This document shows positions 1-8,209 of a DNA stretch of 64,000 nt, piece after piece. Numbering within the stretch: the stretch's first letter is position 1; each line of letters begins with the position of its first letter. The stretch lies in IMG/VR virus record IMGVR_UViG_3300028563_000021, positions 873-64,872 of that record. One strand, 5' to 3'. Under the pieces are notes generated by a model. It did not search any database and was not told the origin of the DNA. It saw only the letters and a program-made list of their open reading frames with translations. This DNA is from a virus (Duplodnaviria > Caudoviricetes). The position numbers and the translations under genes were made by a program.

Positions 1-1319
1 GCAAGCTCTCCATGAACCATATAATGGAACCCTGACATCTTCAAGTAGGTGACGAAGCCGACACTCTCAAATAGCGCCGGGGTTTCGAACTTGCTTTTAG
101 GGTCTGTGGTGATAACCGCAGGATATTTGTTTTTGTTCTGTGCGATGACTTCGCGCACCATTTGCGCGTACAGCTCCTTTGTATATTTGATCGGCTCAAT
201 AACCGATTGCAACAAGCAAAATTCACGCGCCACGTCATTGTTCTGGAATGTAAAAAAGCCGCTGAATTCGTCATTAATTTTTAGTATGATAGCCGAATGA
301 ATTTGCATGTTTTTCCGCGCCGCACGCTTGGCAATTCCGTCTTCAATAGCGAGTCTCGATACATCCTCTTCGTATCCAGACCCGATGACAGTCGGCACAT
401 AAACCCATTCCACCTCTTCATGAAACAGTGCGGTTTGATCCTGATATGTTGCAATATTCATGTTTTCTTCTTTCGTTAGTTTTAGCCGATTATCGGCACC
501 ACATTGATCCGGGCATGCGTTGCATGTTCCGAGATATACATTACGGTTGTGCAATGATACTAATTTTCCGCCTCCTATTGCTTCGTCCATTCTTGTTAAA
601 ATAATGTCGCCGCTGATGACGCGCGGATTTGATTTCGTTGCTCGCAATGGATTGTCAATAATCGGCGTCAAGGTCAACAAATAATCCTGTCGATTCTTCG
701 CTTGTTGCGCCCATTCCGAATCGCCATACTGACAGGTAACAACGCGAGCAACACTTTTTATTCCAGCCTCTCTAATTCGTTCAATCTGTCGAACTCTGAA
801 CTTCGTTTGAGCGTCTGTATCAAGCCCACTAACAGAGGTATTTATCACAGCGGAAAGATTCTTTAATCGGATCAATTGGTGGTTAGATAATGGTATCCAA
901 TGCTTGGTAATAATCACTGGAATTTTTCCTGTATCTTTCAACGCCTCAATAACTGATATTGTATTTTCCCAATCGTGACACGGATCGCCAGCGGTTCCAA
1001 TTCGATACCATCCAGCATAATAATCTTTCACTGCGAAGAAAATTGTTTTCACATCCCATGGCATGAGCTTTCGAGATACCGATGTTGCAAAATCAATGCC
1101 GTATCTGCTTGCTGTCTTTAGCGCATAGCATTCGCCGTAACAGCCGCCTTCAGGTCTGGCAAGTATGCCTAGCGTACAACCTTTGACAGTATCGACATCA
1201 AGAACACCCTTTTGATTCTCTGAAACCGTGAGCACCGGCTTGTATTTTCTTGCTCCGATAAATTCTTCCGCATCATCGAATAATGAATTCTGAATGCGCT
1301 TGAATATTACCGAAGTCAT
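1..1319 (-). CDS. Radical-SAM-like + GNAT-like fusion protein, truncated by the window edge (probable DNA modification enzyme)
   Basis: Absent from the ORF track because it runs off the edge. Manual translation from ATG 1319 (overlaps the cro stop) is open for 439 codons: MTSVIFKRIQ...DTVKGCTLGILARPEGGCYGECYA...RIGTAGDP...IITK...INTSVS...CNACPDQC, then a GNAT-like part (SGFFTFQNN...EFCLLQSVI...LFESVGFVTY). Confidence 0.7.
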   Translation of the reverse strand, partial: MTSVIFKRIQNSLFDDAEEFIGARKYKPVLTVSENQKGVLDVDTVKGCTLGILARPEGGCYGECYALKTASRYGIDFATSVSRKLMPWDVKTIFFAVKDYYAGWYRIGTAGDPCHDWENTISVIEALKDTGKIPVIITKHWIPLSNHQLIRLKNLSAVINTSVSGLDTDAQTKFRVRQIERIREAGIKSVARVVTCQYGDSEWAQQAKNRQDYLLTLTPIIDNPLRATKSNPRVISGDIILTRMDEAIGGGKLVSLHNRNVYLGTCNACPDQCGADNRLKLTKEENMNIATYQDQTALFHEEVEWVYVPTVIGSGYEEDVSRLAIEDGIAKRAARKNMQIHSAIILKINDEFSGFFTFQNNDVAREFCLLQSVIEPIKYTKELYAQMVREVIAQNKNKYPAVITTDPKSKFETPALFESVGFVTYLKMSGFHYMVHGEL

Positions 1320-1489
1320 TTTGAATCCGCCTTAAGTCGATTTTCGGTGATCGTTTGGATCGCCAATTGCGACCAATGCGGGATATGCTTTGCAGCAAGC
1401 CACTGCCGAATACAAGGTACGGTTTTCCCGAGCGCGTGTGCGGCTTCCTTGTCGCTTCCGAAATGCTTTATTAAATCTTTTGGCGTCAT
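1316..1489 (-). CDS. Cro-like HTH regulator
   Basis: MTPKDLIKHFGSDKEAAHALGKTVPCIRQW...IP...QLAIQTITENRLKAD; typical Cro/YdaS-like pattern; AGGAGG RBS upstream. Confidence 0.8.
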   Translation of the reverse strand: MTPKDLIKHFGSDKEAAHALGKTVPCIRQWLAAKHIPHWSQLAIQTITENRLKADSK

Positions 1490-1574
1490 ATTGCCCTCCT
1501 GTTGGTTTCCGGTATTATTGCACAAGGCAGAGTAAATGCAAATAAATTTCGTTTAAATTTTGTTTAGAATGTTC

Positions 1575-1603
1575 TTGACATCGCATAATTCATAACCGAG
1601 AAT
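1575..1603 (+). promoter_or_regulatory. sigma70 promoter (pL-like), divergent from cro
   Basis: TTGACA-17 bp-GAGAAT upstream of ORF 1633, preceded by an AT-rich tract. Confidence 0.6.
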
Positions 1604-1632
1604 GACGTATCAGCAAACAACCGGAGCGCTAG

Positions 1633-1815
1633 ATGGCAACTCAACCAATCGACCGTAAGTCATTCAAGCATCAGATCAAGACTCTGCGCGTTGCTCCGCA
1701 GTTGGTAAATCGCACCAACAAACAAACACTGGTGGAGCTTTCGCCGCTGCACGTTGTTCTGTATCGTTTTCCTTGCCATTGGCTTCATAACAAGCGCGAA
1801 TACGGAGCGTGGTGA
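1633..1815 (+). CDS. hypothetical protein
   Basis: GGAG RBS, ATG, first gene after the promoter. Confidence 0.45.
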   Translation: MATQPIDRKSFKHQIKTLRVAPQLVNRTNKQTLVELSPLHVVLYRFPCHWLHNKREYGAW

Positions 1816-1819
1816 AATA

Positions 1820-1957
1820 ATGGAACCGATCCTAATCCTAGCCCCGTTCGTCGTCGTGCCGATCCTCACTTTTATCGGATTCATTGCGAGCGGCATCATC
1901 AAGACGAGTATCGCATTGCGCCGTGATCGTGCATTGCTTGCGCGGCGGGAGTTTTAA
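1820..1957 (+). CDS. small single-pass membrane protein
   Basis: MEPILILAPFVVVPILTFIGFIASGII followed by a basic tail. Confidence 0.5.
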   Translation: MEPILILAPFVVVPILTFIGFIASGIIKTSIALRRDRALLARREF

Positions 1958-2166
1958 TTGGCCATCACCCAGCCACAATTAGATCAAGCGCAATGTGTCT
2001 CTGACGTGCCCTCGAACGTGGCTGGCCTGATGCAGTATTACAAAAAGACCGCGAGAAGGATTGGTACATTCCTACGCCGCCATGCCCCCCCCGGGAATTG
2101 ATCATATTTCGTGGGACGAGGATTGCTATCAAGCGCGCAAACAACTCAATCGATAGGAGAGATAAA

Positions 2167-2820
2167 ATGAAAATTGAAATTAAAAATAGGTTTAATAATT
2201 CTGTGCTTTTCTCGCATGACTGCGAAGAAAATACTTTGAAAATAACTTTATTGATGGCTCTCAAAGCTTCGGCCGACCTGCGTAGGGCCGACCTGCGCGA
2301 GGCCAATCTGGGCGGGGTCGACCTGGGCGGGGCCGATCTGGGCGGGGCCAATCTGCGCGGGGCCAATCTGGGCGGGGCCGACCTGGGCGGGGCCGACCTG
2401 GGCGGGGCCGACCTGCGTAGGGCCGACCTGCGCGAGGCCAATCTGGGCGGGGCCGACCTGGGCGGGGCCAATCTGCGCGGGGCCAATCTGCGCGGGGCCG
2501 ACCTGGGCGGGGCCAATCTGGGCGGGGCCGACCTGCGCGGGGCCAATCTGGGCGGGGCCGATCTGGGCGATTTAAAGCTTGTTGGTGGCCGCCCCTTCAT
2601 GCAAATCGGGCCAATCGGGTCTCGCAATGATTATTTGACCGCATTCATCACCGATAAGGGCGTTCATGTCCAAGCCGGTTGTTTTTTTGGCTCACGCGAT
2701 CAATTTGAATTGAAAGTTGCTGAATCTCACGGCAGCAATGAGCATGGGAAAGAATACCGCGCCGCCCTCGTATTGATCGACGCTCACGCTGAAATTTGGA
2801 CGCCGAAAGAGCCTGCGTGA
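2167..2820 (+). CDS. pentapeptide repeat protein
   Basis: [10 protein letters not shown]-terminus, about 20 A(D/N)L(G/R)x repeats, C-terminal IGPIGSR...AGCFFG domain; AGGAG RBS. Confidence 0.9.
   Translation: MKIEIKNRFNNSVLFSHDCEENTLKITLLMALKASADLRRADLREANLGGVDLGGADLGGANLRGANLGGADLGGADLGGADLRRADLREANLGGADLGGANLRGANLRGADLGGANLGGADLRGANLGGADLGDLKLVGGRPFMQIGPIGSRNDYLTAFITDKGVHVQAGCFFGSRDQFELKVAESHGSNEHGKEYRAALVLIDAHAEIWTPKEPA
2272..2568 (+). repeat. 15-bp coding tandem repeat (gcc(g/a)a(c/t)ctg(g/c)gcggg)
   Basis: Directly visible tandem units encoding the pentapeptides. Confidence 0.9.
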
Positions 2821-3188
2821 TTTCCGCAAACACAACGATGCGCCATTCATCCGGCGATTGGATAGCGTGGTTTGAAAAACCAAAGGAGTCGAAAAATGTC
2901 GATATTCGAAGCGCAAAAAACATGGGCAGCGAATCGGTATTTAAGGCTCATGTATCGAGAGGAGTTTCACAGTTACATGGCGCATGTGCGAACGTTGAAA
3001 AGTTGGATTAACTAGTGAAATTTAAGTGGCGTAACGCACACGACCCTATGAATGAATGTGCGGATAACTTAGTGAGGCGATCATGCACTGAAACGGCTTT
3101 TCTTGGGCCTGCACAGGAACCTGCTGAAATGCAGCGAGAAAATCATAGAGGAATTTTGTATAGAATTTAGAAAAGTGTTGGTAGTACC

Positions 3189-3380
3189 GCCCCTTGCCGA
3201 TGGTGAGGGGCAACAAAGCAAGGGCGGCGCGGAGAATCGGAGACGCGCAAAGTGGGTTGCCGAGCCACAGAAAAAACACGGTATTTGGTAGGTATGTAGC
3301 CAGGTAGATAACCGAGAGCCTAGAAATAGGCCGGACTGCGGATACATCGTTGGGGTAACGTCCAGCCCCTTGCTTTGTTG
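3189..3380 (+). ncRNA. putative structured non-coding RNA
   Basis: Perfect 14-bp inverted repeat 3211-3224/3367-3380 preceded by hairpin 3189-3211, in a region of about 460 bp lacking a convincing ORF. Confidence 0.5.
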
Positions 3381-3480
3381 GCAGCAATCGCGGGTTAGCT
3401 CCACGACAAAACGTTACTAATCGTATCGACAAGCCAAGACGCTTTAGTCAGTGCTGCCGACAACTATTTGGAGGATGAAA

Positions 3481-3765
3481 ATGAAAATCAAAGTATTTTT
3501 CCACGCAATTCTGAGCAAGTACGAAAAGAGCGGCATCGACATCAAAATCTCAAACCACGATATGACCTCGTTCGATTGGGGTCCGGTCTTCATGGTCAAG
3601 GAAATGGATATCGAGATTCCGTCACGCGAAGACTTGATTAACAATACTGTCACGATTCTTCGCAAAAAGCAGGCCGACAAGCGTGCCGAATGCGAGCGCG
3701 ACGTTATTCGGCTTGAGCATGATATTCAAAGCTTGCTGTGCATCGAAAATTCGGCGGCATCGTGA
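3481..3765 (+). CDS. hypothetical phage protein (coiled-coil C-terminus)
   Basis: GGAGG RBS; ends IQSLLCIEN, a common phage small-protein ending. Confidence 0.7.
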   Translation: MKIKVFFHAILSKYEKSGIDIKISNHDMTSFDWGPVFMVKEMDIEIPSREDLINNTVTILRKKQADKRAECERDVIRLEHDIQSLLCIENSAAS

Positions 3766-3961
3766 AACTCCCAACCAACTCCACCAAGCGCGCAAAACAG
3801 CAACAGGCCGCGCCGCTCCTGAAATACGAGCGCCACTCAACGGCACCGAGCGCAAAGCCAGTGCGGAAGCTCGTGGTCATTCTGGCGCTGCTTTTCTTCG
3901 CCCTCGTTCTTGCTGTCGAGGTTTTCGAAGTTGGGCAAACTTTTGAATGTCGAAGGGATTG

Positions 3962-4117
3962 ATGATGAAATTTATTCCGCCAGACAAGCTGCATCTTGAA
4001 CTGTTGGCAGCGCAAGCGATGCAAAAGGCATTAAAAGCGATCCAGCGCGAGGTCAACGGGAAGATGCGCCGCAGCAAAATTGAGAACATGGCGAAACACT
4101 GGCGTCAGTTCCTTTAG
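3962..4117 (+). CDS. small hypothetical protein
   Basis: Manual ORF MMKFIPPDKLHLELL...HWRQFL ending just before the IS target site. Confidence 0.45.
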   Translation: MMKFIPPDKLHLELLAAQAMQKALKAIQREVNGKMRRSKIENMAKHWRQFL

Positions 4118-4152
4118 ATCGTTTTGTTATGGGAATTATATCTTTAATTCCC

Positions 4153-4181
4153 TTGACATTAGGTAGGGAGTCATCTACAAT
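4153..4181 (+). promoter_or_regulatory. sigma70 promoter inside the left end of IS element A
   Basis: TTGACA-17 bp-TACAAT. Confidence 0.8.
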
Positions 4182-4218
4182 GAAGTCATTGGAAGTGCAA
4201 ACCTAACCGGGGAATAAA

Positions 4219-4419
4219 ATGATCGCTACACTCTACACAGATAAAACCACTGGCAAGCAGTACAGGGTGACGAACAGTGCAAGCGCCCGTGTTCAACAAT
4301 ATCCATGCGGTGCTGTAGTCCACTTCGACGGATCGTCCGATAAACAATCTTTTGTAACGAATATGAAAACCCGCTCTGCGCTCAATTCCTGGCTGAAGAT
4401 GATGGGGTTCAAGAAATGA
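4219..4419 (+). CDS. IS passenger gene A1, hypothetical
   Basis: GGGGA RBS, ATG, ATGA-coupled to the next gene. Confidence 0.7.
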   Translation: MIATLYTDKTTGKQYRVTNSASARVQQYPCGAVVHFDGSSDKQSFVTNMKTRSALNSWLKMMGFKK

Positions 4420-4613
4420 GCGAATTCATAATAGAAGAACGCTCCGCACGTCAGGCGTGGGCGAAGTCTGCCGCTAAGCATCATAGTTGGCCCGATGACT
4501 CACTCCCCGAACAAAATGACAGTGGGCGCTTTTCTTGTGGCTGGCATGAGTCAGAGTTTCAAATTTTTTACGCTGGCGTGAAATATGCTCTAAGCAAAGT
4601 GAAAACGTCATGA
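4416..4613 (+). CDS. IS passenger gene A2, hypothetical
   Basis: ATGA overlaps with both neighbours. Confidence 0.7.
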   Translation: MSEFIIEERSARQAWAKSAAKHHSWPDDSLPEQNDSGRFSCGWHESEFQIFYAGVKYALSKVKTS

Positions 4614-5551
4614 ACGACAAACTCACAATCAGCACTTTTGAGTTATTCAAGATGTTCCCGGATCAAGAATCGGCGCGGTTATATCTCGAAAAACGCCTTT
4701 GGCCTGAAGGTTGCCGTTGCCCAGTCTGCGGCATTGGCGACCGAGTGACGGCGCGCAAAAACGGTTTCTATCGCTGCAACCAGTGTAAGGAAGATTTCAC
4801 GGTGCGCACTGGCACGATCTTTGAGCGGTCACATGTTCCTCTGCACAAATGGCTGTATGCCATGTACATGCTAGTAACGGCGCGCAAGGGCATTTCCTCA
4901 TTGCAGTTAAGCAAGGAAATCGACGTTACGCAAAAATCTGCGTGGTTCATGTTGCAAAGGCTCCGCGAAGCCTGCGGCAATGATCCTACGATTTTGAGCG
5001 GCGTTGTCGAGGTCGATGAAACGTATATCGGCGGCAAAGAATCAGCCAAGCACGAATCGAAAAAGCTCAATGCTGGGCGTGGGGCGGTCGGCAAGACTGC
5101 CGTTATGGGCATGCGTGAGCGCGGCGGTAGAGTCAATGCCGTTGTCCTGAATGGCACAACTTCAACCGAAATGCTAGGCCACATCTTCACCAATGTGCAG
5201 GCCGGCTCAACTGTTTGCACCGACGAACATTCGTCATATCAAGCATTGCCGCCGCTTGGCCTGCCGCTTGATATTCCCGCTTACGACCATCAAACGGTCA
5301 ATCACAGTGCGAAAGAGTACGTCAACGGAATGGCGCACACCAACGGCATTGAGAGCGTGTGGGCCGTTCTGAAGCGCGGTCTGCACGGTGTTTATCATCA
5401 CGCCAGCCCGAAGCACATCGGACGCTATGTCAATGAATTTGCGTTCAGGCTGAATGACGGCAACGTGAAGCGGTTGACGCTCGCTCGGATGGATAGTTTC
5501 ATCAAAGCATGTTCCGGTTGCCGCATTACATACAAGGAGTTGATAGCATGA
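4610..5551 (+). CDS. IS1595-family DDE transposase
   Basis: Zn ribbon CPVC...CNQC, FTVRTGTIFE, HTH GISSLQL, catalytic VEVDETYIGG, TDE, VNHS, HTNGIESVW, YVNEFAFR. Confidence 0.97.
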   Translation: MNDKLTISTFELFKMFPDQESARLYLEKRLWPEGCRCPVCGIGDRVTARKNGFYRCNQCKEDFTVRTGTIFERSHVPLHKWLYAMYMLVTARKGISSLQLSKEIDVTQKSAWFMLQRLREACGNDPTILSGVVEVDETYIGGKESAKHESKKLNAGRGAVGKTAVMGMRERGGRVNAVVLNGTTSTEMLGHIFTNVQAGSTVCTDEHSSYQALPPLGLPLDIPAYDHQTVNHSAKEYVNGMAHTNGIESVWAVLKRGLHGVYHHASPKHIGRYVNEFAFRLNDGNVKRLTLARMDSFIKACSGCRITYKELIA

Positions 5552-5685
5552 AAGAACCAAAAGCTCCGCCAGCACTTGACCTGATTGCAGATAAGGTGCT
5601 GGCATTTCGTCCCAAACCAAAGAGCGAACCAGCCAAAAAACGTGCAAAAGCGCGTAAGAAATTGGATAGGGAATCAAAGATATAA
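5548..5685 (+). CDS. small basic 45-aa protein downstream of the transposase
   Basis: Manual ORF MKEPKAPPALDLIADKVLAFRPKPKSEPAKKRAKARKKLDRESKI; ATGA-coupled; stop lies in the right TIR; C-terminus conserved in element B. Confidence 0.7.
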   Translation: MKEPKAPPALDLIADKVLAFRPKPKSEPAKKRAKARKKLDRESKI

Positions 5686-5766
5686 TTCCCTTTGTTATTG
5701 AAATTCATTTCTTTACGTTGTCGCGCGCAAGCTGGCGGCGTTGCTCTCTAGATGTCTGGATGGTCA

Positions 5767-6291
5767 TTATTGCCTCTCAAATTGAGCCAAAATACTTTCC
5801 ATTGACGCCTGCGCCACAATGGGAGAAGCCGCTGGCCAGAGGTACTTTTGCGCGTGCGGTGTCCGCAGAAATTCGAGAACGCCGTCGCGGTAAATGCTGA
5901 AATCGCCTTCGTCGCACTTGGCAAAGCTGATGCTTTTTGGTACCGGGAAGACACCGCCCTTTGGCCCTTGCGCCCAGAATATCCAGCCTGATCCCACCTT
6001 AAGCCACAAGCGGAAGGCTTCTCGATCCTTGATGCGCTCTTGATTCTTGAAGATTTCGCCTTCAAGCTTCATTTGCTTTTTGTGAATCGGCAGATAGCGC
6101 GGGATCAGCGTGGCGATCGAAAAGAATTCGCCGCTTCCCATGCGCCAGATCGTGTTCCAGAATCTACGCCAGGCTTTTTTATCTTCCTCTGCTTGGCCGT
6201 CGATCAATCCGAACAGGCAATCGCGTAGCACTTCGCGCTGATGCTCGGTAAGTTCTATATCTGACTGCTTGCATAGAAGCATTTCGCTCAT
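5767..6291 (-). CDS. DUF1367-like phage protein
   Basis: EAFRLWLKVGSG...PKSISFAKCDEGDF motif. Confidence 0.65.
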   Translation of the reverse strand: MSEMLLCKQSDIELTEHQREVLRDCLFGLIDGQAEEDKKAWRRFWNTIWRMGSGEFFSIATLIPRYLPIHKKQMKLEGEIFKNQERIKDREAFRLWLKVGSGWIFWAQGPKGGVFPVPKSISFAKCDEGDFSIYRDGVLEFLRTPHAQKYLWPAASPIVAQASMESILAQFERQ

Positions 6292-6704
6292 TCGTTCAGC
6301 CCCCGCGTAGGTATGGCCGACGAAGCCACTTTAAGATTGATATCGCGCGTCCCATGCGCGCGCATCGTTGCCATGTGTTCGGCAAGTTTGCCAGCGCCAA
6401 AGCTTCGTGTGTCGCGCGGCGCGGAAACTTCAACTGCAACCTTCGCCGATTTGATCTTTGACTCGATTTCGATCATGTCGGCAATTCCGGCTTTCATTTC
6501 GTCGGGCAACGATAGAACAGAATCGGTATCGATTAACTGACCATCGCGGATCATGCTTTGAATAGTTTTCAGATCGTTGTATTTGTGACGCTCGCCAGCT
6601 TTATGTGTTTTCTGCACAAGAGCTTTTGCGGTCATCGGTCCGTGTTCGTAAATTGTTTTTGATACACGGCGACGACCTGTTTGTTGGGGTGGTGGAAATT
6701 TCAT
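6288..6704 (-). CDS. hypothetical protein, possible winged helix
   Basis: HGPMTAKAL...MIRDGQLI; ATGA-coupled operon. Confidence 0.6.
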   Translation of the reverse strand: MKFPPPQQTGRRRVSKTIYEHGPMTAKALVQKTHKAGERHKYNDLKTIQSMIRDGQLIDTDSVLSLPDEMKAGIADMIEIESKIKSAKVAVEVSAPRDTRSFGAGKLAEHMATMRAHGTRDINLKVASSAIPTRGLNE

Positions 6705-6894
6705 GATTCCGCCTTCAATGACTGAAACTCGGCAACCGCTGCGGCCATGTCATTGACTGAAAATTGCCGATGCGATTCAATGCGCGCTAGCTCAGCATTG
6801 CGGGCGTGTTCGATGAAAGGCAATTTGGTAGTGATGGCGCGAATGTCGCGGAGCTTGTGTCCGCGTGCGCGCGCTTGCTCGTTAGGAGTTGGAC

Positions 6895-7182
6895 TCATGC
6901 GGTCACCGATTCGTCGATAGGTTGCTCGGTGTCGATGAACTCTGGATCGGATAGGCCGGATACGGGACGAAGTGCGAAGTCGGGACAACAAAGTGTTCGT
7001 CCGATAGTTCCGCGAATGCCTTTTTGTGGATTTTTGAATTGGATAATCCACGCCGGAAGCGTGCCGAATGTGGGATAAAACACGTTTCCTGCATATTTTT
7101 GAACTTCAACGATTTTCCCAATTGCGTCAGGAACCTGCGATTTCACAATAATCGCCAGACAAGGCGTTTTGGTAATGTTCAT
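6895..7182 (-). CDS. hypothetical phage protein
   Basis: CLAIIV...GKIVEV...W...PDFALRPV pattern common in small phage proteins. Confidence 0.65.
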   Translation of the reverse strand: MNITKTPCLAIIVKSQVPDAIGKIVEVQKYAGNVFYPTFGTLPAWIIQFKNPQKGIRGTIGRTLCCPDFALRPVSGLSDPEFIDTEQPIDESVTA

Positions 7183-7489
7183 GCTGGAACCTTATCGTCA
7201 TTAATTTTCAGATCGCGACGCAGTTCTTTCGCCATCTCGATAACCGCCCGCACTTTTTTGATACCTTTGCTATCAAGGTATTCGACGGACCACAACACTT
7301 TTTCGAGGCCATCGCATGTCGGCGGAACTTGGGAAACTGAAAATCCAGTTTCGATGTGCGATGTGAGATATTCTCCGTCGCCATTTTGTGGATCGCCCAT
7401 TCGTGCCCCATGTGCGAAAATTTCCAGCAATCTGTTAGCACGAGACCTTTTGGGAACGCCGCGAGGAATTCTGATTGTTCGAGTTTCAT
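7179..7489 (-). pseudogene. hypothetical gene split by a 1-nt frameshift
   Basis: Adding one A to the A4 run at 7384-7387 joins MKLEQ...WAIHK to NGDGEYLTSHIETGFSV...KVPA, giving one ORF ATGA-coupled at both ends. Confidence 0.55.
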
Positions 7490-7869
7490 GCCTCACCCAA
7501 TTGCGCAACAATCGCGCTAAACGGCGACGAGTGGCGCGGTAGATTGAAATCGGATGGCTGTGCGGCGCGATGCTTTCGAACAATCGGCGCATCGTCTGGC
7601 ATGTCGTATTTGCGCTGCTTCGGCAATGCAGAATCGCCGACAGTGAAATATTGAAACCGGCAACGCGAGCCGATTTGATCGATAAGTCCATCATCACGCA
7701 TGCACTTGAGTATATAGCCGAGTTCCTTGCCGGTCTTGTTTGTAGCTTGCGAGATTTCAACGCGATTCAAGCCAGGATGTTGCGTCAGCAGATCAACAAT
7801 CGCGTTGCGCAATTCTTTGGTTTTGGTTTGTTGGAAGTTCACGCAGAAATCCTTTCTGTCAATAAACAA
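7486..7869 (-). CDS. winged-helix DNA-binding protein
   Basis: AIVDLLTQHPGLNRVEISQAT...LKCMRDDGLI. Confidence 0.65.
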   Translation of the reverse strand: MFIDRKDFCVNFQQTKTKELRNAIVDLLTQHPGLNRVEISQATNKTGKELGYILKCMRDDGLIDQIGSRCRFQYFTVGDSALPKQRKYDMPDDAPIVRKHRAAQPSDFNLPRHSSPFSAIVAQLGEA

Positions 7870-7882
7870 TAATAGACGCGCA

Positions 7883-8086
7883 TCATTTCCTAACTTTTGG
7901 CTTTTTGCAAATCTTTTTATGCAGCTTAAGCAGGCGATTGCCTAATTTCATTGTCGGGCGTTCGCCACGGTCGCCTCGAACAAATTTGCTTATAGTAGCT
8001 TGGTTGCACGGTACCTTATCAGCAAGTTCCTGCTGAGTTAATCCGGTAGCCAGCATTTCCGCGACAATTTGATTTATATTTTCCAT
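7883..8086 (-). CDS. Cro/XRE-like HTH regulator
   Basis: MENINQIVAEMLATGLTQQELADKVPCNQATISKFVRG...P...LGNRLLKLH. Confidence 0.85.
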   Translation of the reverse strand: MENINQIVAEMLATGLTQQELADKVPCNQATISKFVRGDRGERPTMKLGNRLLKLHKKICKKPKVRK

Positions 8087-8104
8087 GTGCGAATAATTGC
8101 ACAT
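8085..8104. promoter_or_regulatory. imperfect palindrome, candidate operator over the cro start
   Basis: ATGTGCgaataattGCACAT. Confidence 0.45.
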
Positions 8105-8175
8105 AAAAAAAGACTTTTCAAGTATTATTTACGCCACATGTCTTATAAATATTTTCAAAATTAATTAAAAAGTGC

Positions 8176-8203
8176 TTGCAAAGTTCAAACCATACGGCAT
8201 AAT
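8176..8203 (+). promoter_or_regulatory. sigma70 promoter (pL-like)
   Basis: TTGCAA-16 bp-CATAAT with an AT-rich upstream element. Confidence 0.6.
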
Positions 8204-8209
8204 ACACTC

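Larger units (their letters stand above)
4131..5690 (+). mobile_element. IS1595-family element with two passenger genes (element A)
   Basis: Terminal inverted repeats GGGAATTATATCTTT(A/G)ATTCCCT (22/23 match); 8-bp target duplication TTTGTTAT at 4123-4130 and 5691-5698; intact transposase. Confidence 0.95.

Noticed and set aside
2272-2568. Tandem repeats as a CRISPR array or DGR template
   Set aside because: 15-bp in-frame units without spacers; no reverse transcriptase was recognised in the window.
1965-2627. 220-aa RSAPP-repeat ORF on the minus strand
   Set aside because: Antisense shadow of the pentapeptide repeat gene; stop-free only because of the repeat.
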